A stretch of 64,000 bases of DNA, taken from sequence record NC_031043.1; one strand, given 5' to 3'. The position numbers were made by a program, and so were the translations under genes. Shown one piece after another: positions 19,246-28,729 of the stretch. The notes below the pieces were generated by a model. That model was not told the DNA's origin, ran no database searches, and saw only the letters and a list, made by a program, of their open reading frames with translations. Each line of letters opens with the position of its first letter. Within the stretch, counting starts at the first letter, position 1.

Positions 19246-19907
19246 TGCTAATCCCTGCTCCACGTAAACCAGAAGCCATGGTGCGTATAGTCGGGGTTGA
19301 CCCCGGCACTGCCCATCTTGGTTTAGCAGTTCTGGACTGGGAGTGGGGTACCGACCAAGCCGAAGTGGTTTGGGCCAAAACGATTCATGTGAAAGATGCC
19401 ACCCACGAAACGGACTTCACGGAAAGTTGTGGAAAGCGTGATAAACGAATGCAACAGTTAGCGGAAGGTTGGGCAGAGTTCTTAGGGATATCTGGTCTGA
19501 CCTTTGTGATTACTGAAACACCGTTTATGCAACGTAGTAAGCTTAGCGCTTATGAGTCCGGTGTCGAGTTACAAAAGATGTTAAGGACGGGTCTTTACGA
19601 ACTGCATCCGCAGAAGTTCTTGCATGGCATTAATCCGATACTGGTTAAATCTTTTGTGGGAGTTGAGGCCAAAGGTACTACCAAGGACGATATGCACGCC
19701 GCGGTGAATAAGCTGTACGCTGGGCATACGTTGATTGACCTCTCAGTTTTAGACGAACACTCGATAGATGCCATTGCAGTGGCGAACTACTTTGTACGTT
19801 CCTCGCTGCTAAGTCTCAACAACCTGTTACCGCCCCGTGAGAAGAAGCCAGCCAGTGGTATTGGTGGGAAGAAACGCGGACGTCGTTTCCGGAGAAAGAA
19901 AAAATGA
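19245..19907 (+). CDS. ruvC: RuvC-like Holliday junction resolvase
   Basis: IVGVDPG (D), VITETPF (E) and HSIDAIAVA (D) form the RNase H-fold catalytic set. Confidence 0.85.
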   Translation: MLIPAPRKPEAMVRIVGVDPGTAHLGLAVLDWEWGTDQAEVVWAKTIHVKDATHETDFTESCGKRDKRMQQLAEGWAEFLGISGLTFVITETPFMQRSKLSAYESGVELQKMLRTGLYELHPQKFLHGINPILVKSFVGVEAKGTTKDDMHAAVNKLYAGHTLIDLSVLDEHSIDAIAVANYFVRSSLLSLNNLLPPREKKPASGIGGKKRGRRFRRKKK

Positions 19908-20497
19908 GTGAAGTTATTGAAACTACCGCAGCAGAAGCTGTCAAAGCGCCGAGCGCCCATGACATGGTTGGTCCGATTCTCGACATCCTGATTCAATACG
20001 GGACTGAGAAAATCTCCAATGATGCCGACGCAAAGAAAGTGGTGGATGCCGCTAAAGATGCGTTGGGGGTGACTGTCGATATCACTAAACCCGCCTCAGA
20101 AATTCTGGGTGGGCTGCGACCAATGATTGTGGGTACGGTAGACCAAATGTCTGCAGTGTTTGCAAACAAGGCTGCAACAGCGGTAGACAGTCTGGATGAA
20201 ATCTACGGCAAAGAAACCTTGCTGACTATCTACACCATGTTGAAGACCCCCCAGAAATTAATCATCTGGATGTTGGCCTTGACGTGTGTAGCTGTCTCAG
20301 CCGCTATCTGTTACGACTTTACCCGTGCAGATACGTATGACTACTTCGACCTGCTGTTCGCAGCTGGCGTTCCTGTGGTTGCGCTGTTCGCCTTCTGCAC
20401 GTGGCCAATTAAGAGTCTGGCATTAGCCTCACTTCAGATTGGTACAAAGGCAGTGGCAATTAAGCTGGAACGCACCGCGAAGAAAACCAAGGTATAA
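19904..20497 (+). CDS. Membrane protein with two C-terminal TM helices
   Basis: LIIWMLALTCVAVSAAICY and LLFAAGVPVVALFAFCTW; basic C-tail. Confidence 0.75.
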   Translation: MSEVIETTAAEAVKAPSAHDMVGPILDILIQYGTEKISNDADAKKVVDAAKDALGVTVDITKPASEILGGLRPMIVGTVDQMSAVFANKAATAVDSLDEIYGKETLLTIYTMLKTPQKLIIWMLALTCVAVSAAICYDFTRADTYDYFDLLFAAGVPVVALFAFCTWPIKSLALASLQIGTKAVAIKLERTAKKTKV

Positions 20498-20502
20498 GGT
20501 AC

Positions 20503-20536
20503 GCCAGTCACTTCGGTGGCTGGCCCTTTATTTTTA
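20503..20536 (+). terminator. Intrinsic terminator
   Basis: gccagtcac-ttcg-gtggctggc followed by a T-run. Confidence 0.8.
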
Positions 20537-20580
20537 AACGTTGTAGCGCCATTATGTGTATAACAAACTTGAGGTGTACT

Positions 20581-21168
20581 ATGGATGTTAGAATTGTTTA
20601 TCGGGATATCTTAATTCCTGCACGCCAGCTTATGACTGTGATTCCATCTGGGAAGAAAGTACCCCTTACGGTTGATAAGAAAGAAGCGATTATTCTGGCC
20701 GCATTTCGTGACCATTTTAGCACGGAGCACTTCTTCCCTCATGTGGAAGATACCATTGGTACCCCGAAACGTGATTGGCTACGTATATGTTTATCTGCTA
20801 TGCCGGGACTGTCGACAGAGCAACGTAACTACCTGTTGACGACAATGCCAAAAGAAGTTGATCGTATCTTGGAAGGGTACCACATGCGCAGTTCTGACTA
20901 CGGGGATTATCTGACTCAGGCCATTTGGGGTGAAGCCGCATACTCGCTGCGTTATACCCGTAACTGTGTGGTGTTCCGTTTCCCACGGGTGCTGTACAAT
21001 TATAAGAACATTAGCGCTGCGCGCTATATCTTCGAATGTTCATCGAAAGCAGGCCTGCGTACAAAGTGCTCCAGCGAAGATATCAAGAAAGCGTCTGCAC
21101 ATCTCCCGTACAGTCAGCTCTTACGCACTGACTTGATTGATTACTTTATTAAACTGATACGAGGGTAA
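20581..21168 (+). CDS. Hypothetical protein
   Basis: SD gaggtg before 20581. Confidence 0.8.
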   Translation: MDVRIVYRDILIPARQLMTVIPSGKKVPLTVDKKEAIILAAFRDHFSTEHFFPHVEDTIGTPKRDWLRICLSAMPGLSTEQRNYLLTTMPKEVDRILEGYHMRSSDYGDYLTQAIWGEAAYSLRYTRNCVVFRFPRVLYNYKNISAARYIFECSSKAGLRTKCSSEDIKKASAHLPYSQLLRTDLIDYFIKLIRG

Positions 21169-21171
21169 GCC

Positions 21172-21657
21172 ATGTATTTGATTGATGTGGAACGCGACAA
21201 AATCCCAGTCGGGGTCTTCCCTGGACTGAATGAATGGCTGGACGATATGAACTCCTACCGTTCGAACCCAGTGTCCTTTACACTGGCGATAGAAGATGAT
21301 GTGGCGGTGGGGGTGTGTGTACATGAACCCGGACACATCATTTATTTGGTGGTGGCAGAAACCGAACGTCGTCAGGGTGTAGGCACCACGCTGGTGAAGA
21401 ATGTGCTGAACGCCCACAAGGGCTCTACATGGCTCCGTGTCAATCCTTACGATACAATGGCCGTCTGCTTCTTCTCGAGGCTTGGTGGCGTTGTAGACCG
21501 TGTACACATCGCAGATGACGATGTTACGGGTGGGGCGTATCATCGTATGGTGCTTGGCACCAAATCGAAACGCGCAACCCCGCCAGAGGAGACTTCTTTA
21601 GTACATTATTTAGCTAACACACCTGTGTTCGTTTCGGTGGCGGGTAAGATCGTATAA
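21172..21657 (+). CDS. GNAT-family acetyltransferase
   Basis: Acetyl-CoA motif A LVVAETERRQGVGTTLV; AVCFFSRLG. Confidence 0.8.
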   Translation: MYLIDVERDKIPVGVFPGLNEWLDDMNSYRSNPVSFTLAIEDDVAVGVCVHEPGHIIYLVVAETERRQGVGTTLVKNVLNAHKGSTWLRVNPYDTMAVCFFSRLGGVVDRVHIADDDVTGGAYHRMVLGTKSKRATPPEETSLVHYLANTPVFVSVAGKIV

Positions 21658-21680
21658 TTTACCCCTGGGAGCGAAAAAGT

Positions 21681-22202
21681 ATGAAACGTGTTGTCTACGA
21701 AAAATGGATTTCGAGTGAGCACGGACCCCACAAGGTTCGTTGCGTGGATGTGGTACCTCATCACGAGGTAAATGTGGCTGCATCCACTCTCCGAGGTTCG
21801 ACAGTAAACTTTCTCAATGTTAAAACCGTGGAACTGCGATTGCCTCAGCAACCCAGAACTACAACCCGTTATTCAGGGCCTAAGTTCGAACCTTTGAGAC
21901 AACACCTGTACAGACATTATCGCCGCTCGACTTGGCGTAAAGCCGTTGAGCTATTAATAGATGAGCTAATCACGGACCTAGAATGGGACAGGGTAGTGGC
22001 GCAAGCCGGATACGACCAGATACCGTTCCATGTACGATGGGAAGCCTTTAAAGTACGTTACCACCGTGAGTTGTATTGGTCTCCTAACACACGGAATATG
22101 ATGTGCCGCTTGGAGACTATGCCTTGGCTGCTAAGTTATCTCAATGATAAACCTTGTCACAACAATAATGTTCTCTGCGCCGCATTGCCTGACGCCCGTT
22201 AA
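21681..22202 (+). CDS. Hypothetical protein
   Basis: SD ggag; ORF in operon. Confidence 0.7.
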   Translation: MKRVVYEKWISSEHGPHKVRCVDVVPHHEVNVAASTLRGSTVNFLNVKTVELRLPQQPRTTTRYSGPKFEPLRQHLYRHYRRSTWRKAVELLIDELITDLEWDRVVAQAGYDQIPFHVRWEAFKVRYHRELYWSPNTRNMMCRLETMPWLLSYLNDKPCHNNNVLCAALPDAR

Positions 22203-22231
22203 TATGATTCCCCATTAACGAGGAAAGGGTA

Positions 22232-22906
22232 ATGACTATCGAACTTTATAAAGTCATTCAAACACGAATGGCCAAAGACCTCACGTATACCGGTAAGATT
22301 GACGGTGACTGGGGTGGCGGAAGTGAACGCGCATTTGCTACCGGGTTAGCAAAGGGTATCGACTACGGTGATGGTCTGTTAGACATTGCATGGTCGAAGA
22401 AAGTTACCCCGCAGTTTACCCAAAAAGTAAAGACTATTGCACAGCAGCTCAAACTTACCAGTAAAGGCCCGCACGAACTGATGGGGTGCATGGCATTCGA
22501 ATCGGGTGAGACGTTCAGTCCTACCATTCGTAACGGTGCCGGTGCTCCGTACTACGGTATTATTCAGTTCGGTGAGGCAGCAGCCAAAGACGCAGGTACC
22601 ACACTTCCTGCATTGTTAAAGATGTCCGCTGAAGAACAGCTCGACTACGTGTACAAGTTCTTTAAACCGTACACCGGGAAACTGTTTGACATCGGAGACA
22701 TTTACATGCGCATCCTGTGGCCAGCGGCCGTAGGTAAACCTGCAAACTCCGTAATCTGGGACCAGAAAACCCGTCCTACTACTTACGTGCAGAACAAAGG
22801 CTTGGATATTAATGGGGATAAACTCATTACCAAAGCTGAAGCAATTGTAAAGGTTCAGCAGAAACTGGATCGTGGCATGTCGCCTCTTTTCCGTCGTCCG
22901 CTCTAG
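22232..22906 (+). CDS. Endolysin / lytic transglycosylase with N-terminal peptidoglycan-binding motif
   Basis: YTGKIDGDWG (PG-binding); LMGCMAFES (catalytic Glu) and GIIQF (lysozyme/SLT-like). Confidence 0.8.
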   Translation: MTIELYKVIQTRMAKDLTYTGKIDGDWGGGSERAFATGLAKGIDYGDGLLDIAWSKKVTPQFTQKVKTIAQQLKLTSKGPHELMGCMAFESGETFSPTIRNGAGAPYYGIIQFGEAAAKDAGTTLPALLKMSAEEQLDYVYKFFKPYTGKLFDIGDIYMRILWPAAVGKPANSVIWDQKTRPTTYVQNKGLDINGDKLITKAEAIVKVQQKLDRGMSPLFRRPL

Positions 22907-22915
22907 GCACATCAG

Positions 22916-22942
22916 TAAAGGGGCTTCGGCCCCTTTATTTTT
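22916..22942 (+). terminator. Intrinsic terminator (identical copy at 29787-29813)
   Basis: taaaggggc-ttcg-gcccctttattttt. Confidence 0.85.
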
Positions 22943-22980
22943 ATGTCCCGAATATTATGACGGCCAGAAGGAGTATTGTC

Positions 22981-23511
22981 ATGAGTTACATCCTTGATTT
23001 TGCAACAAAGCACGACACTGCGCTTTTAGAGAAAATCAATGCGGTGAACGCCGCGACTGTGGGACGCAAATTAGTTGTAGCGGATATTGAAATCGTTGAG
23101 CTTTCCCAGCTCGCTAATGGCAGTTATAGTGTTGAGTTGATTAACCGCGCGGACTTAACCGATACGGTGACCATCTCACACCAAAAACTGGACTTAGCCG
23201 ATTTCTTGAAATACGAAGTAGCGGACTTGGCGTGGTGGGACCCGGCCAATATTGACCCAGACACGGATACCGCCCTTGCTCAAGCCATGTTTGACACGGC
23301 CTTGACTAAAGCAGGTATTATTGCCTCCGTGGCATGGGAACCGGGCGTAGGGGTGAGTATCATTCATGATGCAGCTACCTCACAATACACCCTGCTCTTC
23401 TCACCATTCTCGCATGTGTGGAAAGAGTATCGCTACGACCTACCGCGTAGTTTCCCAGCAGTCTTCTCTAATCAAGTGTTGGACGGATTTAAAGAAGAAG
23501 TAGTGGCATAA
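22981..23511 (+). CDS. Divergent member of the virion paralogue family
   Basis: LLEKINAVN...HQKLDLADFL and C-terminal LDGF resemble the 52-63 kb family. Confidence 0.5.
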   Translation: MSYILDFATKHDTALLEKINAVNAATVGRKLVVADIEIVELSQLANGSYSVELINRADLTDTVTISHQKLDLADFLKYEVADLAWWDPANIDPDTDTALAQAMFDTALTKAGIIASVAWEPGVGVSIIHDAATSQYTLLFSPFSHVWKEYRYDLPRSFPAVFSNQVLDGFKEEVVA

Positions 23512-23516
23512 ACCCC

Positions 23517-23556
23517 AGAGTGTATCTTCGGATACACTCTTTTCCTTTTATTTTTT
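23517..23556 (+). terminator. Intrinsic terminator
   Basis: agagtgtatc-ttcg-gatacactct followed by a T-run. Confidence 0.85.
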
Positions 23557-23602
23557 ACATCAGAGTAGATTGATATAGATGTGTAATGAGGGAACAGGTA
23601 AA

Positions 23603-24199
23603 ATGGGAGATTCCGTACAAATAGTTGTTATCGGTTCAAGAAAAACTGACGCTGAGACCATGACCACTATGGGAAAGGTATTGGCAGCAGCTATTAGAAA
23701 AGCCCTAGCTATGAACATAGGCGTTCTTGTAACGTCTGGGGCTTGTGCGGAAGGACCTGACCAAGTGCAGCTTCTGTTGTCGCGTATATTCGACGACGAA
23801 CGCGTCACGTTCATTGCTTATCTGCCGGATGACCGAAAGCTTTGGCTTTCTAAAGTCTATCCAAACGTCAAGTTTGTAGTGGGTACAGATGACGAGCGCC
23901 ACCGCGCCATAGTCAGAGAACTTCATCCTGCGCCCGACAACTTGAAAGACTTCGCTTATCGACTACATGGGAGGAACTTAGAAATAATCGCCGGTCCTGA
24001 TTTGGAAACCCTGGCGGATGTAGTATACTTTTCAGCGCCCGAAAATGACAAAGGAATTGTATCGGGTGGCACAGCAATGGGGGTCTCGTATGCGCGCTCA
24101 CGCAGCGTCCCTGCATTTAACGCATTTCTTCCTGACGGAACAGATGCATTTATTAGACATGTGCGAACTCTTCTCCGCAATACCTCAGGAAGAGAGTAA
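23603..24199 (+). CDS. SLOG-superfamily (DprA/YspA-like) nucleotide-binding protein
   Basis: VIGSR, SGACAEGPD, RNLEII and SGGTAMGVSYARSRSVPAFN motifs. Confidence 0.75.
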   Translation: MGDSVQIVVIGSRKTDAETMTTMGKVLAAAIRKALAMNIGVLVTSGACAEGPDQVQLLLSRIFDDERVTFIAYLPDDRKLWLSKVYPNVKFVVGTDDERHRAIVRELHPAPDNLKDFAYRLHGRNLEIIAGPDLETLADVVYFSAPENDKGIVSGGTAMGVSYARSRSVPAFNAFLPDGTDAFIRHVRTLLRNTSGRE

Positions 24200-24257
24200 T
24201 ACGGTATGAACGGAATGACGGATGAGAGTTGCAGTAAGACCCAGTAGGGGGTTACTT

Positions 24258-25505
24258 ATGCTTTCTATCAGCAACGCGAATCTGGAGATGGTTCGTAAGT
24301 TCTGTACTATAGAGACAGCAATACACACGTGCCCAGACACGGTTATCGATCTCGAGAAAAACGAGATATTAGATATGCTCGACCGCAACGAAATCTCGAA
24401 AGAGGTTGCCCTGCGTTCAGCGTACGTTTTAGGATGCACTTTGGGAACGGTTCGGGACATGACTCTGTTGGAGCGTATTGCTTCACTGAGCAACCCAGCC
24501 TACGCAAAGAGCTGGTATAACCTTCGTGATTATTGGTCGCGGTTATTGTACTGTAACCCAGAAAATTCCGACCTCTTATCTATCGTCCTGCGGAACCTGT
24601 CTGCACAAGACATTCACCGTCACGATTATAGCCAAGAGCGCTATTTGGCCGCAAAGGTCGCATTTATCGGCGACATTGTCGATGCACCTTGCAGTGGGAC
24701 ACTGCGTTACTCCCAGCCTCAGTTCGAACCGAACGATAAGGTACTGGCAGAGTGGCGTCGTCAGCTCACCCCAGCCATGGCAGTTAAATTGTTTGAGAGT
24801 ACCGGTTGGGATATTTTCAATCCGGCTTCTGATGATTACATCATGGTCCAAACCACCGAAGAACAGACAGAAATGCTGTTAGCGTCGGATAAACCGCTGT
24901 CGGTGATTGTTTCTCGTGGACGTTGGACACGTGCAAATATAGAACGTATCCTTGGCCTCGTGGAGTCTTCGGACAAACGCGATGGGCTGATGATTATTCT
25001 GTACGAGCGTGTTTGTGAGCTATGGGGGGACACCTCGGTACTGGCGAAGTTAGTACATGACCACCTGCGTTACGCAGCGATTATGGACGCCCGCCATGTA
25101 CAGAGAATCTACACCGCAGATTGGCATTGTTGTGTTCCGCCGATTCACTATTACTTGGTCAATGCGAATTTCCTTGACCTGCGTCGGCTGATTGAAACCA
25201 ACTTCAATGCCCGAGTCACCATTTTCGATATTGTGAGAAACGCTACCCCGGAAGCTATTCGTTCTGTTGCAGTTGAGACGGTACGCTGGTTATCGGAGTA
25301 CAACCCACACGACTATAAAGGTATCCGCAACGTACTGAATGTTATTGCTAATAACACGACGTCTGTTCCGTGGTCGCCTGAAACAGCCGAAGTGGTTATG
25401 CGTGGTTTACGTCGGACGTACACGAAGAAGTTGATTCTTCAGTTCATCCTGATGTCTACTTTCCCACAAGAGTTGAAAGAGGAGCTCGTTAAGCTACCGT
25501 GTTAA
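24258..25505 (+). CDS. Hypothetical helical protein, about 415 aa
   Basis: Long ORF; SD aggggg before 24258. Confidence 0.8.
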   Translation: MLSISNANLEMVRKFCTIETAIHTCPDTVIDLEKNEILDMLDRNEISKEVALRSAYVLGCTLGTVRDMTLLERIASLSNPAYAKSWYNLRDYWSRLLYCNPENSDLLSIVLRNLSAQDIHRHDYSQERYLAAKVAFIGDIVDAPCSGTLRYSQPQFEPNDKVLAEWRRQLTPAMAVKLFESTGWDIFNPASDDYIMVQTTEEQTEMLLASDKPLSVIVSRGRWTRANIERILGLVESSDKRDGLMIILYERVCELWGDTSVLAKLVHDHLRYAAIMDARHVQRIYTADWHCCVPPIHYYLVNANFLDLRRLIETNFNARVTIFDIVRNATPEAIRSVAVETVRWLSEYNPHDYKGIRNVLNVIANNTTSVPWSPETAEVVMRGLRRTYTKKLILQFILMSTFPQELKEELVKLPC

Positions 25506-25553
25506 CAATTGCGGCTCTTGGTATGGACATCCATCACTCCAAGAGAGGGTACT

Positions 25554-25823
25554 ATGAATATGCAATTAGTTAAAGCGGGCGCAGCACTACTAAAACTGTT
25601 CTCATTGGTAAAGCGTCCCAATCCCGTGGCCCGTCATGTGCCTTGGGTTGGTTCCGAGGAAGAGTTCTTTGACAAGATGCTCAATGAAGGCACGTATACG
25701 GTCAGCGATAGTCCGACACGACCTATCGTTACTACGTACCACGATAATGAAACACACGAACAACTTGGGATGGTTATTCGTTGGCCGAACCGCCAATTCT
25801 ACTTCGAAACCACAAAGAAGTAG
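25554..25823 (+). CDS. Hypothetical protein
   Basis: SD gaggg before 25554. Confidence 0.7.
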   Translation: MNMQLVKAGAALLKLFSLVKRPNPVARHVPWVGSEEEFFDKMLNEGTYTVSDSPTRPIVTTYHDNETHEQLGMVIRWPNRQFYFETTKK

Positions 25824-25969
25824 GTGTGCGATGGTAAAAGCAGCCGCGTTGGCATGACGCTCGCGCGGCGCTTATTTCAAAACAACACATTACCCTTATT
25901 GTGAGCAGTACAAATCTCTCTTACTCGTATTGAGTGAGACATTTTGACTACAACAGTAAGGTGCGTGCT

Positions 25970-26725
25970 ATGGGACGTGAAAAGAAAGCTCCACGTGTAA
26001 GTCGTAAAGCAAAGCAGTCCACCAACGGCCAAGTCATTCCTTTCCCGGATAACGGCTTTGACGAATCACTGCCCCAAGTCAAACGCGACACCCGCCCTAT
26101 TGAGGCCCGCAATGAAAACCAGCAGCAATACATGAATGCGCTGGAAACCAAACAACTGATATTCGCCACCGGTGAAGCAGGGTGCGGTAAAACATTCCTT
26201 TGCGCCGCCTACGCTGCCGAACGTCTACTGGCAAAAGACTTTGACCGTATCATTGTCACCCGTCCAGTCCTCTCTGCAGATGAAGACCTTGGCTTCTTGC
26301 CCGGCGACGTCTCAGAGAAGTTCGCCCCTTACTTCCGTCCTGTCTACGACGTGCTAAGCAAACGCTTAGGTGGTCAATTCTTACGCTACTGTTTAAAGCC
26401 GGGAATTGACAAGGTAGAGATTGCTCCCTTCGCCTACATGCGCGGACGTAGCTTTGAAAATGCAGTCATTTTATTAGATGAAGCTCAGAACACTACTGCT
26501 CAGCAGATGAAGCTCTTCCTGACACGTATCGGGGAGAACTGTCTCGTGATTGTCAATGGCGATATTACTCAGTGCGACTTACCGAAAGGGGTACGTTCTG
26601 GGCTGGCCGATGCGCTAACGCGTTTTGACACTGACGACTTAGTTAGCGTTATTCACTTTGTGAAAGACGACTGTGTACGCTCCGAGCTTTGTCAACGTGC
26701 GTTGTATGCTTACGGTGACGAGTAA
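25970..26725 (+). CDS. phoH: PhoH-family ATPase
   Basis: GEAGCGKT, RPVL..DEDLGFLPGD, YMRGRSF and LDEAQN; very close to E. coli PhoH; SD taaggtg. Confidence 0.95.
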   Translation: MGREKKAPRVSRKAKQSTNGQVIPFPDNGFDESLPQVKRDTRPIEARNENQQQYMNALETKQLIFATGEAGCGKTFLCAAYAAERLLAKDFDRIIVTRPVLSADEDLGFLPGDVSEKFAPYFRPVYDVLSKRLGGQFLRYCLKPGIDKVEIAPFAYMRGRSFENAVILLDEAQNTTAQQMKLFLTRIGENCLVIVNGDITQCDLPKGVRSGLADALTRFDTDDLVSVIHFVKDDCVRSELCQRALYAYGDE

Positions 26726-26728
26726 ATA

Positions 26729-26753
26729 AGCGAGGGGCAAAATGCCCCTCGCT
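26729..26753 (+). terminator. Intrinsic terminator
   Basis: agcgaggggc/gcccctcgct 10-bp stem, T-run downstream. Confidence 0.8.
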
Positions 26754-26765
26754 GTAGTATTTTTC

Positions 26766-26811
26766 TTTTTTGTCAATAAAAATAATCTCAGATATATATT
26801 ACCTTAGTGAA
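26766..26811 (+). promoter_or_regulatory. Early promoter
   Basis: Contains TATATTAC; near-identical to 1793-1838. Confidence 0.75.
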
Positions 26812-26852
26812 TGACAAAGGTTATTCTTTTCTATCACTGTGGAGAATTCATT

Positions 26853-27323
26853 ATGTTTGCACCAGCGCTGATTAACTTCGAAAGAGCATGTAAAGTAATT
26901 CGTCAAGATGGGTATTACAAAAATGCCAAAGATGAGTTGCCAAAGAACATGCAATGTTTAGAGAAGGCGAGTGAACTACAAATCACTTCCTTCATTGCGC
27001 ATCGTCACGGTGTCAATAAATGTGTCGTGCCGTGGATGCCAGAACTATCACTCACTCCGATTAAACGCTATCAGTCCTTACTAATTGTTGACCGCGGGGA
27101 TAAGACCTTCATCGAAACTATCAACGGTTTCAAAGTAGCACGTATGCGTCGTATCCCAAACGGAACAGATGAACCGATTCTGAATCACCAGAACACTATC
27201 ATCATTAATCTCTCAGATTACCGAGTCGCTTATGACTTCATAGGCGGATTCTTTATTGGACTCGTTACCGGTTATTACGAGTCAAGTAAAAAGGCCATGT
27301 TAAAACGCCTTGGCCGTAAGTAG
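26853..27323 (+). CDS. Early hypothetical protein
   Basis: SD ggag; first gene after the early promoter. Confidence 0.75.
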   Translation: MFAPALINFERACKVIRQDGYYKNAKDELPKNMQCLEKASELQITSFIAHRHGVNKCVVPWMPELSLTPIKRYQSLLIVDRGDKTFIETINGFKVARMRRIPNGTDEPILNHQNTIIINLSDYRVAYDFIGGFFIGLVTGYYESSKKAMLKRLGRK

Positions 27324-27374
27324 TATCTGCTGTTATCCCGTAGTAAAAAACCTATACATATCTCAGGAGCTATC

Positions 27375-27833
27375 ATGGACCATATCTTTGAATCAATTAC
27401 TACTCGCAAATACACTGTTGGTACTTGCACCATTTACTTCCTCGACAACGGTAATGTCCGTAAAGCGTGGCTGGAAATAAAGGGCAAACAAATGGTTAAG
27501 TGGCAAGAGTCTGACAACGAACGTTGGTTGGCCTCCGCCCTGTATCACTTCGTCACCCGTTTGAAGAAACGTACGTTCAGCAAAGAAGACACTTACTGCG
27601 TGTTCGCCTGCATTGGTCGTGCGTTAGAGTCCCGTAACGTTGGACGTTACTGGCAAGAGTACCACAATCCGGGCACTGTAAGCTACGCTATCTCCGAAGC
27701 ACAGTCGCGTTGCGGGCTGGTCTTCCGTTTGGCACCGGTTAAAACACGTACTGTGTCTGGTTCGAAGTTCAATAACCCAGACCAGCCTCGTGGTAATAAA
27801 GGCGAAGCCAATCCGTCCCTGCAACTGCACTAA
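27375..27833 (+). CDS. Hypothetical protein
   Basis: SD aggag. Confidence 0.8.
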   Translation: MDHIFESITTRKYTVGTCTIYFLDNGNVRKAWLEIKGKQMVKWQESDNERWLASALYHFVTRLKKRTFSKEDTYCVFACIGRALESRNVGRYWQEYHNPGTVSYAISEAQSRCGLVFRLAPVKTRTVSGSKFNNPDQPRGNKGEANPSLQLH

Positions 27834-27842
27834 TCTAATCGA

Positions 27843-27877
27843 CCCCTACTTCGGTAGGGGTAAACCTTTTATTTTCT
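27843..27877 (+). terminator. Intrinsic terminator
   Basis: cccctac-ttcg-gtagggg followed by a T-run. Confidence 0.75.
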
Positions 27878-27892
27878 TTGGAGTTACCAATC

Positions 27893-28657
27893 ATGTTAAA
27901 ATTCACAATTGTAAACCTGCTGCAAGACACTAACCCAACTTCTATCCATAACCTGTATCCGGTTGACTGGGCGAAACTGGCCGAAAGCAAATATCACGTC
28001 GAAGGGTTCCACAAAGTCCACGAAGGTGTGGAATATATGCTGCTGCGTTATCGTCGCAATCTGGCGATGCTGACTCGCACTGATAATGGCCCGGTGGAAG
28101 CAGTACGTATTGCCGAAGACCTGAAAACCATCGACGATGTGATTCAGACCATTGGCCGTAATCTGGAATGGCGCCACATTGAAAACGGTAGCGATACTTA
28201 CACCCTACAGAAACCACGTGCCTTCCTCGGCCGTCTGTTGGGTAACGACGGTGCGAAAGTGGGCATCACCGAAGCGGCTGAAGTACGCGTAAAACTGCAA
28301 CTGGCGAAGAATGCGGTTGCTGAAGCCCGTGGTACTATCCCGGCAGACGATACCAGTATCGAAGCCAATAACGCCCGCAGCGTTATCGAAGTGCTGGACG
28401 TGGTTATGAACGAAGTCCAAGAAGGTCTTGAATCAAGTGAGACTATCGAAACCATTATCAACGCTAACGAAGAGCCAGTACAGGCTAAACCTAAAACTCT
28501 GACTCAAGCCGTCGCCACCATCAACTACAGTGGACTGACACGTAAAGAACGTATCGAAGCGTTCCGTGCGCTGCTGAACGACGAGCAGTATAAAGAAGAT
28601 AAAGGCCTTGCAACTCTGGCAGCCAATCTTGGCGAGCCGGTAGCTGTAGCGGCGTAA
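27893..28657 (+). CDS. Hypothetical protein
   Basis: SD ggag; high-expression codon bias. Confidence 0.85.
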   Translation: MLKFTIVNLLQDTNPTSIHNLYPVDWAKLAESKYHVEGFHKVHEGVEYMLLRYRRNLAMLTRTDNGPVEAVRIAEDLKTIDDVIQTIGRNLEWRHIENGSDTYTLQKPRAFLGRLLGNDGAKVGITEAAEVRVKLQLAKNAVAEARGTIPADDTSIEANNARSVIEVLDVVMNEVQEGLESSETIETIINANEEPVQAKPKTLTQAVATINYSGLTRKERIEAFRALLNDEQYKEDKGLATLAANLGEPVAVAA

Positions 28658-28660
28658 GAG

Positions 28661-28692
28661 AGAAAGGGGATTCGTCCCCTTTCTTTTTTTTG
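28661..28692 (+). terminator. Intrinsic terminator
   Basis: agaaagggga-ttcg-tcccctttct followed by a T-run. Confidence 0.85.
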
Positions 28693-28729
28693 TCCTTTGG
28701 TATGTAACCCACAACCTCCGAGACTGACT

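Noticed and set aside
19245-19907. RuvC as a TnpB/Cas12-like nuclease
   Set aside because: Only 220 aa, with no zinc ribbon, bridge helix, adjacent array or transposon ends; the context matches the phiKZ resolvase.
19855-19907. True eukaryotic-type nuclear localisation signal
   Set aside because: Bacteria lack importins; the tail is kept only as a generic basic arm.
19904-20497. Holin assignment for the two-TM protein
   Set aside because: It is separated from the endolysin by a terminator and three genes, and I recognise no holin motif. Left as a generic membrane protein.
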